Part shown: in pieces, positions 1 through 9,893 of the stretch
How the letters are laid out: the number at the start of each line of letters is the position of its first letter
Position numbering within the stretch: the first letter of the stretch is position 1
Source of the DNA: Candidatus Latescibacterota bacterium
GTDB taxonomy: Bacteria > Latescibacterota > UBA2968
Length of the DNA: 64,000 bases
Direction: 5' to 3'
NCBI GenBank assembly: GCA_965198115.1
Contig: OZ240241.1
Coordinates: 2,240,001-2,304,000, forward strand
Program-made: the position numbers and the translations under genes
Notes under the pieces: generated by a model
Database searches by the model: none
Told to the model about the DNA's origin: nothing
The model's input: the letters and a program-made list of their open reading frames with translations, nothing else

Positions 1-254
1 GGGTTAAACTGGACAGGTAGTCGCACGGGCGGCGAACGTTTACGTCAGGCGCGATTGCTTGCAATCTGCGGAACGCCTCGGGAAAAGGTGACGCTCCCGT
101 TTTCGAAAGGACTGTGTCGATCGCCACGATAAGCTGTGTGGCAGGAACTCGGGGCCGAGTTCGGTGTGAGGACCAGCCAGGGACGTGCGGTTCGGGTCCG
201 CCGGAATGCAGATTCAGTGACTTAAGTGAATCTAAAGCGACGGCGACCGGCTTA

Positions 255-1548
255 GGGTTTGCCACGAAATAAGTGCTGCACTTTTCAAGGTAATGATCTT
301 ACGCTCGGAGTGTGGACGTCGAAACTCTCCGAACGAAGTATGAAGCCTTGGCTCCGGTGCTGACGGAACGCACGCGTCGTCTGTGGGCCGCCACGGAAGC
401 CGAAGCGTTGGGTCACGGTGGGATCGCGATTGTGGCTCTGGCGACAGGAATGTCCAGAGAGCGGATCTTTCGTGGCATTCAGGAGTTGAGGTCGGACGAA
501 CCTTTGGACCCGGCTCGCATCCGGCGTCCAGGCGGCGGTCGTAAGCGGAAGGCCGACACGGACCCGACGCTGTGGCAGGACCTGAATGATCTGGTCGAGC
601 CAACGACTGCGGGGTCGCCTGACGACAATCCTCTGAGATGGACATCGAAGAGCACTCGCAAACTGGCCGCCGAGTTGCAAGCGATGGGGCATTCGGTGAG
701 CCCCAGGATCGTTGCCAATCTCCTGCACGAACACGATTACACGCTGCAGGCGAATCGGAAGACAAGGGAGGGATCTGCACACCCGGATCGGGACGCTCAG
801 TTCGTTTACCTCGATGATCGGATTAGCCAGCAGCAGCAGCAGGGCCTTCCCGTTATCTCGGTGGACACCAAGAAGAAAGAGTTGATCGGCGACTTCAAGA
901 ATCCTGGCCGAGAATGGCGACCCAAGGGAGACCCGGAGCGTGTGAAGGTACACGATTTCATAGTGCCTGCTCAGGGCAAGGCGATCCCTTATGGAGTGTA
1001 TGATCTGAGCCGTGATGAAGGCTGGGTAAGTGTCGGTATCGATCACGACACGGCCAGCTTCGCCGTGAATGCGATCCGAAGTTGGTGGAAGAACATGGGA
1101 CGGCCCGCCTACGGCACTTCGACGCATCTGCTAATCACGGCGGACGCAGGCGGCAGCAACGGCGCCAAGACGCGGCTGTGGAAGTGGGAGCTGCAGCGCT
1201 TTGCGAATCGCACTGGCCTGACGATCACCGTATGCCACTACCCTCCTGGCACTAGTAAGTGGAACAAGATCGAACATCGCCTGTTCTCCTTCATCGCTAT
1301 GAACTGGCGAGGCAAGCCCCTGGTCAGCCTGGCTGCAACCGTGAATCTCATTGCCGGAACGACCACTCAAGCCGGTCTCCGAGTACGCTCCGAGATCGAC
1401 AAGCGACCCTACCCTAACGGGGTCAAGGTGACCGATGAACAGATGACCCAAATCGATCTCACTCCGCACGATTTCCACGGCGACTGGAACTACACGATCC
1501 GGCCAATGGCTCAACATTGAGATCGACCGTTTATTTATTCGCGAACCC
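255..1548 (+). mobile_element. ISAzo13-family insertion sequence
   Basis: Imperfect terminal IRs GGGTTTGCCACGAAATAA / rc GGGTTCGCGAATAAATAA; 3-bp TTA duplication at 252-254 and 1549-1551; contains an intact transposase. Confidence 0.88.
312..1520 (+). CDS. ISAzo13-family (Rhodopirellula-type) DDE transposase
   Basis: 402 aa; motifs ISVDTKKKELIG, LLITADAGGSNG, PPGTSKWNKIEHRLFS. Confidence 0.92.
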   Translation: MDVETLRTKYEALAPVLTERTRRLWAATEAEALGHGGIAIVALATGMSRERIFRGIQELRSDEPLDPARIRRPGGGRKRKADTDPTLWQDLNDLVEPTTAGSPDDNPLRWTSKSTRKLAAELQAMGHSVSPRIVANLLHEHDYTLQANRKTREGSAHPDRDAQFVYLDDRISQQQQQGLPVISVDTKKKELIGDFKNPGREWRPKGDPERVKVHDFIVPAQGKAIPYGVYDLSRDEGWVSVGIDHDTASFAVNAIRSWWKNMGRPAYGTSTHLLITADAGGSNGAKTRLWKWELQRFANRTGLTITVCHYPPGTSKWNKIEHRLFSFIAMNWRGKPLVSLAATVNLIAGTTTQAGLRVRSEIDKRPYPNGVKVTDEQMTQIDLTPHDFHGDWNYTIRPMAQH

Positions 1549-2565
1549 TTACTTCTCACACACTGCCACCCCGATGTGCCGGTAAACCCCCATTCGATCC
1601 ACCTTCAGCGTGCCGTTGCCCGCGCCGTAAATGTTTCCCAGATCTCGCGCTGAGTAATACATCAGATACCGATCCCCATCGTCCAGAACGCATGGCGTAG
1701 AGGTGTACCTACCGTCGAAGTCGTCGGGGTTTCGCGTTGCCGGAAACGACGCGTTGTCTCGGTGGTGGGTCCACCTGATGCCGTCTGAAGATGTTGAGCA
1801 GTGGAGTTCGCAGTATCCACCCTCGACTGCACAGGCGTACCACATCGTAAAGTCACCGCTATCGCTGATCACGAATGGATAGACGTTGGATCGCGTTGGA
1901 CCCCCGGCGGTGACCACGGGCTCGGGATCTCGCGTCCATTCGATGCCGTCGTTCGAAGTAAACCTGTATATGTTGGCCGCGAGACTTGCGAATTCATCGT
2001 CCGGATTGGGAGCGGAGTTCATCCACATCGTGTATCCACCACCCTCCCCTGTCAGAATGCATGGACCACGACCGCTCGGGTAGACGGGCTCGGGACGGAT
2101 CTCCCAAGAGACCCCATCTTCGCTCTCGGCGTAGCCCAGATATTGGCAGCGGATAGGCTTGTCGTTGGCGTCCAGCTCTGATCCTCCCGACACGAACCAC
2201 ATCCTGAACACACCGCGTGACGTGTCGAACTGCACGCGCGGTGTCTGCCAGGAGGTGCCGAACGGCAAGTCGGCCGGCCCCAGAATCGGATTGCTATCGT
2301 GCTCGTTCCAGCTGACGCCGTCGTTCGATTCCGCATATCCCAGAGACACAACATCGACGCGTGTGGCCTCGGAATTGCCGACGTACCACATGCGGTACTT
2401 TCCCTCCATTTTGACCACGGAGGGACTGTACAGCTGCACGGAGCACCATTCCTGTTGCGTGGTCATCGCCGACAGCACCGGCTGATTCACCCGTGGCGCC
2501 TCGTCGCGGTGGTGGATGTTGACGTCAGTGATATTTCGTTGCCAGTCGAGCTCATGCAGAAACAT
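1549..2565 (-). CDS. Five-bladed beta-propeller glycoside-hydrolase-like protein (GH32/43/130-like fold)
   Basis: Repeated YRMWY...LGYAESxDGVSW blades; likely start MFLHELDW at 2565 preceded by AAGGAG. Confidence 0.7.
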   Translation of the reverse strand: MFLHELDWQRNITDVNIHHRDEAPRVNQPVLSAMTTQQEWCSVQLYSPSVVKMEGKYRMWYVGNSEATRVDVVSLGYAESNDGVSWNEHDSNPILGPADLPFGTSWQTPRVQFDTSRGVFRMWFVSGGSELDANDKPIRCQYLGYAESEDGVSWEIRPEPVYPSGRGPCILTGEGGGYTMWMNSAPNPDDEFASLAANIYRFTSNDGIEWTRDPEPVVTAGGPTRSNVYPFVISDSGDFTMWYACAVEGGYCELHCSTSSDGIRWTHHRDNASFPATRNPDDFDGRYTSTPCVLDDGDRYLMYYSARDLGNIYGAGNGTLKVDRMGVYRHIGVAVCEK

Positions 2566-2887
2566 CTCAGGTCTCCTTGGGCCCCCACACCGGGGTAACA
2601 CTCGTGAACACAGTATTCGGATTGGCGCGTTCGCGGCACTGACGAAGTGCATCATCGGGTCACCCGCTTGCACGCTGCGGCACTGATCTTCATCTTGCCG
2701 CTGCGAACCTTGTTGTCAGTTCGCGAATAAGACGTTAAGTGCCAAGCCGGTGCCTACAAAAGTTGAGCCATCCCTGGGCTGCCCCTGGAGTGGATAGGAA
2801 AAACAAACGGCGTTCTCTGTTACCCAGGAAACGAAAGAAATAAAGATAACCAAGGTAGAAACAATCCGCGTGGCAAGTCGAAGGCAG

Positions 2888-2990
2888 GCTTATAGACACG
2901 GAATCTGGGTGCAGATTTACACAGACGAAGGTCATGTTGGGCTTGGCGAGACTTGGTACGGGCCGATGGCAGTAGAAACTGCCCCAAAGA
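2888..2990 (+). pseudogene. Remnant of a mandelate racemase/muconate lactonizing enzyme N-terminal domain
   Basis: Reads IWVQIYTDEGHVGLGETWYGP, typical of the enolase-superfamily N-terminus; no downstream continuation. Confidence 0.6.
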
Positions 2991-3181
2991 TAACGTGGCC
3001 TCGGCTGGCTTGGCTCGCAGAATGGGGTACCAGACCGAAAAGGAGTTCCGATTCGTCGTCTGGGATCCCCCTGACCGATAGGATGATATTAGCGAAGGTA
3101 TTTTCGTGTAAGCTGGGTCTGTTCGAGGAGTCGTAGCCCCAGAATGTTTTAGAGTTCAGGTCAATAGGTGTGTAAAAGAAA

Positions 3182-4432
3182 TCAGGCGGCCATCTTCCCG
3201 GCTTCGACCTGCGGTCCGGTTGAGTGTTTCTGATCGTAGACTTGTTGTAGCAAGTGTGGCGCGGTGAGTTTCCTGAATCGGCTCTCTGCGACCTTGAGCG
3301 TACGCCAGATGAGAGTCGTGGCGTTCCTGACTTTCTTGAATCGCCTGGCGGCGTTTGTGCGAAGCCGAACGGAAGCAAAGGGGCTCTCGACGACGTTCGT
3401 GGTTCTCAGGTGTTTCCAGTGTTCCTTCGGGAAGTCGTAGAACGTGACCATCCGATCCCAGTCTCTTTCGAGCGTCTCCACGGCGGCAGGGAACTGTGAG
3501 CGATACCGTGCGGCAAAGCGTTTCCGGAGCTTCTCGGCCTCCTTTTTCGTGCCGGCATAGGGGATCTGGACGAGCAGTGCGCGGGCTTCAGCCTGTGCAC
3601 GCTTGGCGACCTTGTCGAGCACGTTGAGGATCTTGTGGTTCCAGCACCGTTGTTGCCGGCTCTCTGGCCAGACCTGATCAACGGCCGCCCAGATGCCCAT
3701 ATTCCCGTCCGCGGCGATCAGGACAGGATGTTCGAGCCCGCGATCCCGGAGATCCCGGAGCACCGTGAGCCAGGATTCTGTAGACTCTCGATAACCGGGT
3801 TCTATCGCCAGGATCTCCTTGCTGCCGTCGCTCATCGCGCCGATCACGACCAGCAGACACGCCTTCTCGCGCTCGAGCCCGGCTTTGACGTAGATGCCAT
3901 CAGCCCAGGCGTAGACCAGTTCGCGATTATCCAGACGCCTTTCTTTCCAGTCCTGGAAGTCGACCTCCCACTTCCCTCGAAGACGAGCGATCGAGGTCGG
4001 CGAAAGCGGCGCGCCATCACCGAGCAGCGCACGCAAAGACAACTCGAAGTCGCCCTGGGAGAGACCGTGGAGATAAAGGTCGGGAAGCAGATCTCCAATG
4101 GCCCTGGTTCTCCGGGCGAACAGGGGGAGGATGCGGCTTTCAAACCGCTCTTCCAGACCACGAACCCGGGGACGCCGGACCTTGATCGTTCCGCAGCTCG
4201 TCGAGAGACGCCGGGGCTTGCCGTAGCCGTTCCTGTAGCCCGTGGAGCTATCGACCTCGGCTCGGCGCTCATACCACGACCGGCCCAAGAACGCGGTCGC
4301 CTCCTCCTCCAGAATGGACTGGAACCGGCTCTGGATCTCTTCACGGATCCAATCGTCAACCGTCTCCCACGTCGGCATGGACTTCAATGGGGTTCTATGC
4401 GTATGTTCCTTCACGGCGATCCTCCTTCCCAA
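3182..4432 (-). CDS. IS256-family (mutator) transposase
   Basis: 416 aa; YRNGY, YAWADGIY, IAADG, QQRCWNHK, RTTNVVES motifs. Confidence 0.93.
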   Translation of the reverse strand: MGRRIAVKEHTHRTPLKSMPTWETVDDWIREEIQSRFQSILEEEATAFLGRSWYERRAEVDSSTGYRNGYGKPRRLSTSCGTIKVRRPRVRGLEERFESRILPLFARRTRAIGDLLPDLYLHGLSQGDFELSLRALLGDGAPLSPTSIARLRGKWEVDFQDWKERRLDNRELVYAWADGIYVKAGLEREKACLLVVIGAMSDGSKEILAIEPGYRESTESWLTVLRDLRDRGLEHPVLIAADGNMGIWAAVDQVWPESRQQRCWNHKILNVLDKVAKRAQAEARALLVQIPYAGTKKEAEKLRKRFAARYRSQFPAAVETLERDWDRMVTFYDFPKEHWKHLRTTNVVESPFASVRLRTNAARRFKKVRNATTLIWRTLKVAESRFRKLTAPHLLQQVYDQKHSTGPQVEAGKMAA

Positions 4433-4499
4433 CCGGGCCTCTCACCCGGTTTTGTGTGAATCAACTATCTCACGGGAAGGGTAGGGTCGCCCTTTCTAT

Positions 4500-5887
4500 G
4501 GTGTTGTGCCTATCGTAGTTGAAACTTAGAGGGCTCCAAACTTACGTTGGGTAGACGTGTAGGAGCGTATACCCGTAAGAAAGGAGCCCAGATGGAGAAG
4601 CTATTTGTAGGCGATGGTGAAGTCAAGGTTGAGGGCGATGTCATCGATTTGGAGACGCGTTTGTCGGTGATCCAGGCGTTGATCCCGTTGGGTCTGGAGG
4701 CAGTGGCAGACCTCCTCCAGCAGGAGGTCGAGCAGCTCGCAGGCGTTCGGTATGCGCGCAAAGGTTCGGAGCAGGCGCATCGTCGGTGGGGAAGCCAGAA
4801 GGGATCCGTGTATCTGATGGACCAGAAGCTCCCGTTAGACGTTCCCCGGGTGCGCGACGTCGAGACCGACGCAGAGGTTTCCCTGGCTGCATACCGGGCT
4901 CTACAGACGCCCAAGAAGACGGACGAGGGGCTGTTGCTTCGTGTTCTCAAGGGGATCTCGTGCCGCAACTACAAGGCCTGTGCCGAATCGGTTCCAGAAG
5001 CGTTTGGTATCTCAGCGTCCTCCGTCTCGCGGCGGTTCATCAAAGCCACCGCGAAGAAGCGGAAGCAGTTCCAGGAGCGTCCCCTCGACGACTACGGCTT
5101 CGTGACCCTGTTCATTGACGGAAAGAGCTTTGCCGACGAAGAGATCGTGATCGCTCCGGGGGTCACGATGGACGGCCAGAAGATCCCCCTGGGCTTCGTC
5201 GAATCGGCGACGGAGAACGAACGGATCTGCCGCCAGCTGATCCAGGACCTCATCCGGAGAGGCCTGTGCTACGACCAGGGCCTTCTCGTTGTGCTTGACG
5301 GCTCAAAGGGACTCCGCAGTGCTGTCACCAAAGCCCTCAAAGGGTATGTGCGCGTGCATCGCTGTCAGTGGCACAAGCGCGAGAATGTCGTCAGCTATCT
5401 CCCGGAGAGGGAACGTCCAAGAGTTCGACGGAAGCTCCAGAAAGCCTATGACTGCGACACCTACGAGGAGGCAAAGGCCGCACTCGAATCACTTAAACCC
5501 GAACTGAAGCTGATGAATCAGTCTGCCGTAACGAGCCTCGAGGAAGGCCTGGAGGAAACCCTGACCCTCCACCGGCTGGGTATGCTCCCATTCCTGAAAC
5601 GAAGCTTCCGAACCACCAACTGCATCGAAGCCCTCAACAGCAGGACCGGCGAGCTCACTCGGAAGGTCAGACGCTGGAACAACTCTCCCCAGAGACACAG
5701 ATGGGTGGCTGCCGCACTCCTCGACATCGAACCTCGCCTGCGACGCGTGAGCGGATACAAACATCTTCCCCTACTCAGGCAAGCACTGAACAAAAATCTG
5801 AATCTCGACAACGAACAGAATGCTCAAAAGAGAGCCTGACCAAACTACGGGGCCCGATGAGTTTTCAACTGACTATGGGACTTGACC
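4500..5887 (+). mobile_element. IS256-family element B (inner, nested)
   Basis: IRs GGTGTTGTGCCTATCGTAGTTGAAAC / rc GGTCAAGTCCCATAGTCAGTTGAAAAC; flanking 8-mers CTTTCTAT (4492-4499) and CTTTCTCT (5888-5895), one mismatch. Confidence 0.82.
4547..5839 (+). CDS. IS256-family transposase
   Basis: LFIDG, VVLDGSKGL, HRCQWHK, RTTNCIE motifs; true start probably ATG 4592 after AAGGAG. Confidence 0.92.
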   Translation: MGRRVGAYTRKKGAQMEKLFVGDGEVKVEGDVIDLETRLSVIQALIPLGLEAVADLLQQEVEQLAGVRYARKGSEQAHRRWGSQKGSVYLMDQKLPLDVPRVRDVETDAEVSLAAYRALQTPKKTDEGLLLRVLKGISCRNYKACAESVPEAFGISASSVSRRFIKATAKKRKQFQERPLDDYGFVTLFIDGKSFADEEIVIAPGVTMDGQKIPLGFVESATENERICRQLIQDLIRRGLCYDQGLLVVLDGSKGLRSAVTKALKGYVRVHRCQWHKRENVVSYLPERERPRVRRKLQKAYDCDTYEEAKAALESLKPELKLMNQSAVTSLEEGLEETLTLHRLGMLPFLKRSFRTTNCIEALNSRTGELTRKVRRWNNSPQRHRWVAAALLDIEPRLRRVSGYKHLPLLRQALNKNLNLDNEQNAQKRA

Positions 5888-6212
5888 CTTTCTCTTTTTC
5901 CACACCTTTTGATTATAGCTCATGTTTTACGGAACAACTCTTCATTGTCATAGGAGATGCTATGAATAAGCCGCAACGCCCGCACTTTGAGGGTGGAGAA
6001 AACATAGCAATGAAAATACCTCCACACTTATTCGACCAGACCGTCGCCTTTTATAGGGACACGCTAGGACTGCCTCCATTGAAGGTTGAGCCGAATTCGT
6101 GCGGTTTTAGGTTCGGTGCGGTTGAGTTGTGGCTCGACCGTGTTCCCACGATGAGCCAGGCAGAGCTATGGTTGTAAAGCCCGCGGTTGTCTGGACACTC
6201 GGGTGAGTGTAT

Positions 6213-7106
6213 TCAGGCGGCCTTTCGAGTTGCCGTGAGTGCGTTTCTAGCCTGTTCGGGCGTCTTGTAGCCGTGACGTTCGATGATCCACCTGTGGTTG
6301 TATCTGTCCCGAAACTCAAGGAGTGCGAGGCGCAGGTCTTCGATGGTACTGAAGTGTCTAACCCACAGGAGGTTTTCTTTGAGGGTACGGATGAACCGCT
6401 CGGCGCATCCGTTGCCTTCTGGCTCACGCACGAAACTCGGCGATGTTTGGACGCCGAGGAATGCGATCTCGTTCTGGAAGTCGTCAGAGACGTATTGTGA
6501 CCCGTGATCGTGTCGGAGCTCCAGTCCTTCGGCGATGTTTTCTTCGAAGCCCCCGAAGTGTTCACGGATGCCCTGTCGGATCGGCTCGAGAGCCTCAAAG
6601 CGGTTGGCCGTCTTGGAGGCGTGAATGCCCACACACTCGCACGTGCAGTGGTCGATCGCGATAAACACGGAGGCTCTGCCCTCGTCGACCGTGGGCGTCA
6701 CAGTCAGGTCGGTGCCCCACATCTGATCGGGCTTCTCGGTCGTAATCGTGCCATCGTGGGCTCGTCGTTCGCGACGCCGTCCTGGACGCGCCTGGAGCCC
6801 GTTTTCACGCATCAACCGGCGGACCCGATCCTTTGACGTCCGCATACCGTGAAAGCGAAGCCTGGCCCAGATCTTGCGGTATCCTTCGCCGTGGAAGGGT
6901 GACGCGTCGATCTCCTGCTGAATGAGGGAGACCAATTCCTCATCGGTACCCGCTCCGACCGGGCCTCGCTTCCGGGGTTGCCGAAGATCGGTTACGGATG
7001 AACGACGAAGCTGGCTGTGCACCGTGGAACGGGGTATCTGCAACACTTTGCACACGCGTTTAATGCTGTAGCGTCTCCCCGTGGAGGGCGAAAGGACCTC
7101 ACTCAT
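6213..7106 (-). CDS. IS3-family transposase OrfB (integrase core)
   Basis: GYRKIW, WGTDLT, RHDHGSQY, NGCAERFIRTLK (DDE triad). Confidence 0.93.
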   Translation of the reverse strand: MSEVLSPSTGRRYSIKRVCKVLQIPRSTVHSQLRRSSVTDLRQPRKRGPVGAGTDEELVSLIQQEIDASPFHGEGYRKIWARLRFHGMRTSKDRVRRLMRENGLQARPGRRRERRAHDGTITTEKPDQMWGTDLTVTPTVDEGRASVFIAIDHCTCECVGIHASKTANRFEALEPIRQGIREHFGGFEENIAEGLELRHDHGSQYVSDDFQNEIAFLGVQTSPSFVREPEGNGCAERFIRTLKENLLWVRHFSTIEDLRLALLEFRDRYNHRWIIERHGYKTPEQARNALTATRKAA

Positions 7107-7486
7107 TTCCGCGACCTCCGATGCGCCAAAGGGCGGCGGGCTTCCAGACGATCGATTCTTTGTTGCAGCAGCTCGTTGTCCATCGTGAGCTCGCCAATCT
7201 TCGCCTGGAGGTCCTTGACCCTCTCGTCACGCTCGTCGCTCAGACGAGAGCGTAGTGCGGCCTGGGCGCCAGAGTGGAACTGATCGCGCCACTCGCTCAA
7301 TTTAGCTGCCGTTACTCCCAGATCGCGAGAGACGCTGTCGAGGCTCTCGCCACGCATCACACGTAATACGGCTTCGGCCTTCTTCTTCACGGAGAAACGA
7401 CCCTGCGAAGTCGCGCTTGGATCGGCTGGGCCTCCGCTCGCTCTCGCTCGCTCCGCCCCAACCGATCCCCTAGTAGCCTTGTTCAT
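7103..7486 (-). CDS. IS3-family transposase OrfA (HTH)
   Basis: FSVKKKAEAVLRVMRGESLDSVSRDLGV HTH plus a coiled coil; ATGA overlap with orfB. Confidence 0.9.
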   Translation of the reverse strand: MNKATRGSVGAERARASGGPADPSATSQGRFSVKKKAEAVLRVMRGESLDSVSRDLGVTAAKLSEWRDQFHSGAQAALRSRLSDERDERVKDLQAKIGELTMDNELLQQRIDRLEARRPLAHRRSRK

Positions 7487-7916
7487 GGTGGACCCTCCTT
7501 TTCGACCTACTGTAGGTCAACGGAGTGTCCAAGAAAACCCCGGGGCGCTGGATGCAGAGCTATGGTTGCAAGTGGATACGCCCGACGTGATGGCGGCCAG
7601 TGAGTATCTTGAACAAAAAGGAGCAGTTCGTTGTGACGAAATCGAACCTCTACCAGATGGATTCGAGTGATGCTGGATCAGCAGTCCAACGAGCATTATT
7701 CACCTCATCTCTCGAACTGATAGGTGATCACGGGTAGGATAGTACGTTAATCCAGTAGGGACCACATCCTCTAACAACCGTGTGCGGCCGCTCCTTTCGT
7801 CGCTCCGACCCAACCTTCCCTCGTGCCTGGGTCACGTTCGCACACGGCGGAGACGTTAAGTGCCATGACGTGCCAGAAAGGCGGTTGCCCATCCCTAGGC
7901 CGCCTCGGATCAAACT

Positions 7917-9854
7917 TTGACTAAACGCGCTTTCATCATCGGCATCGTCCTCTCGGCGTGCGCCAACCTGTGGCCCGCCTACAACAGCATGATTGTGCAC
8001 TCCTCGCGCGCCGATCACATGCACCTCTCCATGGGGATGCTCATCCCCTTCCTGATCCTCCTTTTACTGAACGTCTTTCTCGAATCGCGCGGCGCCGGCC
8101 TCTCCCCTTCCGAGCTCTTGACCGTCTGTTGCATGTCCATGGTCGCCGTCTGCATGCAGGGCGAGTGGCTCGCGGGCTACCTGATGGGGATGATCACCGC
8201 CCCCTATTACTTCGCCTCGGCTGAAAATCGATGGGAAGAACTGCTGCTGCAGTACATCCCGACCTGGGCTCTCATCCCCGACCGGGATCTGGTGCGCGGG
8301 TTTTACGAAGGTCTCCCGCCGGGGCAGTCCGTTCCGTGGGAGGCCTGGCTGACGCCAGCCTTCTGGTGGGGGATGCTCTTGGCGGCCATCCTTACGATCA
8401 ACCTCTCCGTCGGCGTCCTGTTCCGAAAGCAATGGATGGAACACGAGAAACTCGCGTTCCCCATCGCGACCGCCCTCCTCGAACTCACCGGTGCCTCGGG
8501 CGAATCCGGCAAGCTGTCCGGCCTGCTGAAGAATCGCCTGTTCCGCGTCGGATTCGCAATCACCTTCGGCATCATCTGCTGGAACATCACCACCTGGTTC
8601 TCCGAGTTGGCACCGATGATTCCCATCCTCAACGGTCGCCCGGGCAAGCACGTTCTCACGCTGGCGCCGGGGTTCCCCAGCCTCATCTACGCATTCAGCC
8701 TCTTCACGTTTACGTTCGGCTACTTCACCCGATCCGAAGTGCTCTTCAGCATCTGGTTCTTCCATCTGCTGGCGATCGTGCAGGCAGGCATCTTCAACCG
8801 GCTGGGCTACGACCTTGGAAGCTCGGACAACTGGTGTTCGTTCCACCCAGCTGTCGGGTGGCAGGGATTCGGCGGGATGATCGTCCTGGCCGCGTGGGGC
8901 GTTTGGATCGGACGCGATCACTTTCGAAACGTGTGGAGACACGCGCTCGGTCAGGCGAAAGGGGACGACGACGGGGAGCTGATGTCCTACAGAACGGCGA
9001 TCGTGCTTCTTGTGCTTGGACTTGGCTTCGTGATGCTGTGGCTGAACCGATCGGGCATGGCCTGGGTCCCTCTCATAGCCTTCGTTTTCGGAACCGCCGT
9101 GCTCTACATCGGGATGTCTCGCATCGTCGTCGAAAGCGGGCTCGTCGCCATGCGCGGCCCGATCACGGCGCAGGCATTCGTCTGGCACGCATTCGGAATC
9201 GCGGGCCTGGGTCCCACGAGCGCGGCCGGTCTCGCACTGACTTTTTCCTGGTTCTGCGATGGCAAAAGCTTCGGGATGACCATGCTGGCTCACGTCCCAC
9301 GTCTCGGAACAGCCATGAATCGAAAAGCCCGACGACCCCTCGGGCCATCCGTACTCGCCGCGTGCGCGGTCGGCGCGATCAGCGTCATCACCTACATCGT
9401 TTACGAAGGCTACCACGCCACGGGTGGGTTCAATTTCGGAACCAACAACTTTGTCGTGGGTGGAAACGCATTCACCATCTCCGCGGTCACCGCGAGCCGA
9501 ATCGAACAGGGCACGTTAGGCACGGACTGGACCCGGCTCTCGTTTCTCGGCGTGGGCGTGGTAGTGGCGGCGCTGCTGTTCTGGCTCCGCTATCAGTTCC
9601 CTGGCTTCCCTATCCACCCGATCGGGTTCACCTGCGCCGCAGCGCCGCCTTTAGGGGACACGGCCGCCACCATCTTCCTGATCTGGGCCGTCAAGTCTTT
9701 GATCCTCCGCATCGGGGGACTGGAGCGCTACCGGGCAACGGCCCCCCTCATCCTGGGATTCCTGATTGGCTACATCTCCGGCGTGGGCATCGGTGTCGTG
9801 GTCGACAGCATCTGGTTCCCCGGTCAGGGGCACCCCATGCACATGCCCTGGTGA
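7917..9854 (+). CDS. Polytopic membrane protein, DUF6785/DUF6784-like (putative OPT-superfamily-related transporter)
   Basis: 645 aa with many hydrophobic helices; FRKQWMEHEKLAFP and C-terminal FPIHPIG...ILRIGG motifs. Confidence 0.65.
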   Translation: MTKRAFIIGIVLSACANLWPAYNSMIVHSSRADHMHLSMGMLIPFLILLLLNVFLESRGAGLSPSELLTVCCMSMVAVCMQGEWLAGYLMGMITAPYYFASAENRWEELLLQYIPTWALIPDRDLVRGFYEGLPPGQSVPWEAWLTPAFWWGMLLAAILTINLSVGVLFRKQWMEHEKLAFPIATALLELTGASGESGKLSGLLKNRLFRVGFAITFGIICWNITTWFSELAPMIPILNGRPGKHVLTLAPGFPSLIYAFSLFTFTFGYFTRSEVLFSIWFFHLLAIVQAGIFNRLGYDLGSSDNWCSFHPAVGWQGFGGMIVLAAWGVWIGRDHFRNVWRHALGQAKGDDDGELMSYRTAIVLLVLGLGFVMLWLNRSGMAWVPLIAFVFGTAVLYIGMSRIVVESGLVAMRGPITAQAFVWHAFGIAGLGPTSAAGLALTFSWFCDGKSFGMTMLAHVPRLGTAMNRKARRPLGPSVLAACAVGAISVITYIVYEGYHATGGFNFGTNNFVVGGNAFTISAVTASRIEQGTLGTDWTRLSFLGVGVVVAALLFWLRYQFPGFPIHPIGFTCAAAPPLGDTAATIFLIWAVKSLILRIGGLERYRATAPLILGFLIGYISGVGIGVVVDSIWFPGQGHPMHMPW

Positions 9855-9893
9855 GTTCATCGGCGCCAAGCCGATTGGCAAGGAGCAACAGCC

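Larger units (their letters stand above)
3152..5921 (-). mobile_element. IS256-family element A (outer), with a second IS256 inserted in its upstream end
   Basis: IRs GAGTTCAGGTCAATAGGTGTGTAAAA (3152) / rc GAGCTATAATCAAAAGGTGTGGAAAA (ends 5921); 8-bp duplication ATGTTTTA at 3144-3151 and 5922-5929. Confidence 0.88.
6173..7552 (-). mobile_element. IS3-like element, copy 1 (1380 bp)
   Basis: Same ends and ORFs as the copies at 17582 and 62124; flanked by GCAGAGCTATGGT at 6160-6172 and 7554-7566, with an extra T at 7553. Confidence 0.95.
5962..7727 (+). pseudogene. VOC/glyoxalase-like protein, split by the IS3-like element and carrying an in-frame TGA
   Basis: MNKPQ...IAMKIPPHLFDQTVAFYRDTLGL...MSQAELWL | QVDTPDV...DGFE*CWISSPTSIIHLIS; TGA at 7668-7670. 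Confidence 0.8.

Noticed and set aside
1-250. Short palindromes (GAACTCGG-GG-CCGAGTTC, AGATTCA...TGAATCT) as a possible ncRNA or att site
   Set aside because: Truncated by the window edge, with no recognisable RNA family or partner site.
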